This document shows, piece by piece, positions 63,581-64,000 of a DNA stretch of 64,000 nt. A program made the position numbers and the translations under genes. This DNA is from Eledone cirrhosa (taxonomy: Eukaryota): contig OZ024742.1 of assembly GCA_964016885.1 (NCBI GenBank), positions 119,474,001 to 119,538,000 of the forward strand. The letters are read 5' to 3'. The notes below the pieces were generated by a model. That model made no database searches, was not told the DNA's origin, and saw only the letters and a list, made by a program, of their open reading frames with translations. Within the stretch, counting starts at the first letter, position 1. Every line of letters starts with the position of its first letter.

Positions 63581-63752
63581 GGCGGTGGATTGGTATAGGG
63601 TTGGACATGCTTTCCAGTATAGTTACGTTCCTTTACGATCTGAGTTCAAATCCCGCCAAGGTTAACTTTGCCTTTCATCCTTACAAGGTCGATAAAATAA
63701 AGTACCAGTAATGTACTGGATAATTGTTGGCCTTGTGCCGAAAGTAGAAACA
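63581..63752 (+). mobile_element. SINE with 19-bp TSD
   Basis: attattaatgactatcaat at 63562-63580 and 63753-63771. Confidence 0.88.
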
Positions 63753-63786
63753 ATTATTAATGACTATCAATAATGATTAAAATAAT

Positions 63787-63976
63787 AATTGTTTCTACTT
63801 TTGGCACAAGGCCAGCAATTATTGCAGTGTATTACTGGTACTTTATTTTATCGACCTCATAAGGATGAAAGGCAAAGTTAGCCTCGGCGGGATTTGAACT
63901 CAGAATGTAAAGGGAAATAACTCTATGCTGCAAAGCATGGCGTCCGACCCTTTTCCGATACTGCCAATCTACCGAC
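63787..63976 (-). mobile_element. SINE, inverted relative to its neighbour
   Basis: Reverse-complement copy, tail-to-tail with 63581-63752. Confidence 0.85.
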
Positions 63977-64000
63977 TATAATTACAATAGCTAAAATAAT

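Overview
AT-rich, repeat-dense animal genomic DNA, most likely a coleoid cephalopod (octopus-like SINEs, RTE LINEs and very long (TA)n/(CA)n tracts; taxon is inferred). The only supportable host gene piece is the last coding exon of a TMBIM4/Lifeguard-4 (Bax inhibitor-1 family) gene at 999-1202. The rest is retrotransposon and DNA-transposon material: RTE, CR1-like, Tx1/L1, R4/Dong and CRE LINE fragments, many SINE copies, MITEs and a hAT transposase fossil. The notable system is a young Penelope-like element (probably Naiad clade; RT + GIY-YIG, 1.35-kb inverted arms) inserted in (TA)n, plus a cluster of short non-coding fold-back elements from about eight sequence families, also in (TA)n and concentrated at 53.8-62 kb. 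Several carry type-I hammerhead ribozyme (HHR) motifs, read by eye: about 11 complete or near-complete motifs plus half-motifs. These include a 591-bp tandem, retrozyme-like unit with a U3-A8 compensatory core, and inversion or truncation breakpoints that repeatedly fall on the ribozyme itself. All RNA structures were paired by hand, and none was computed or tested.
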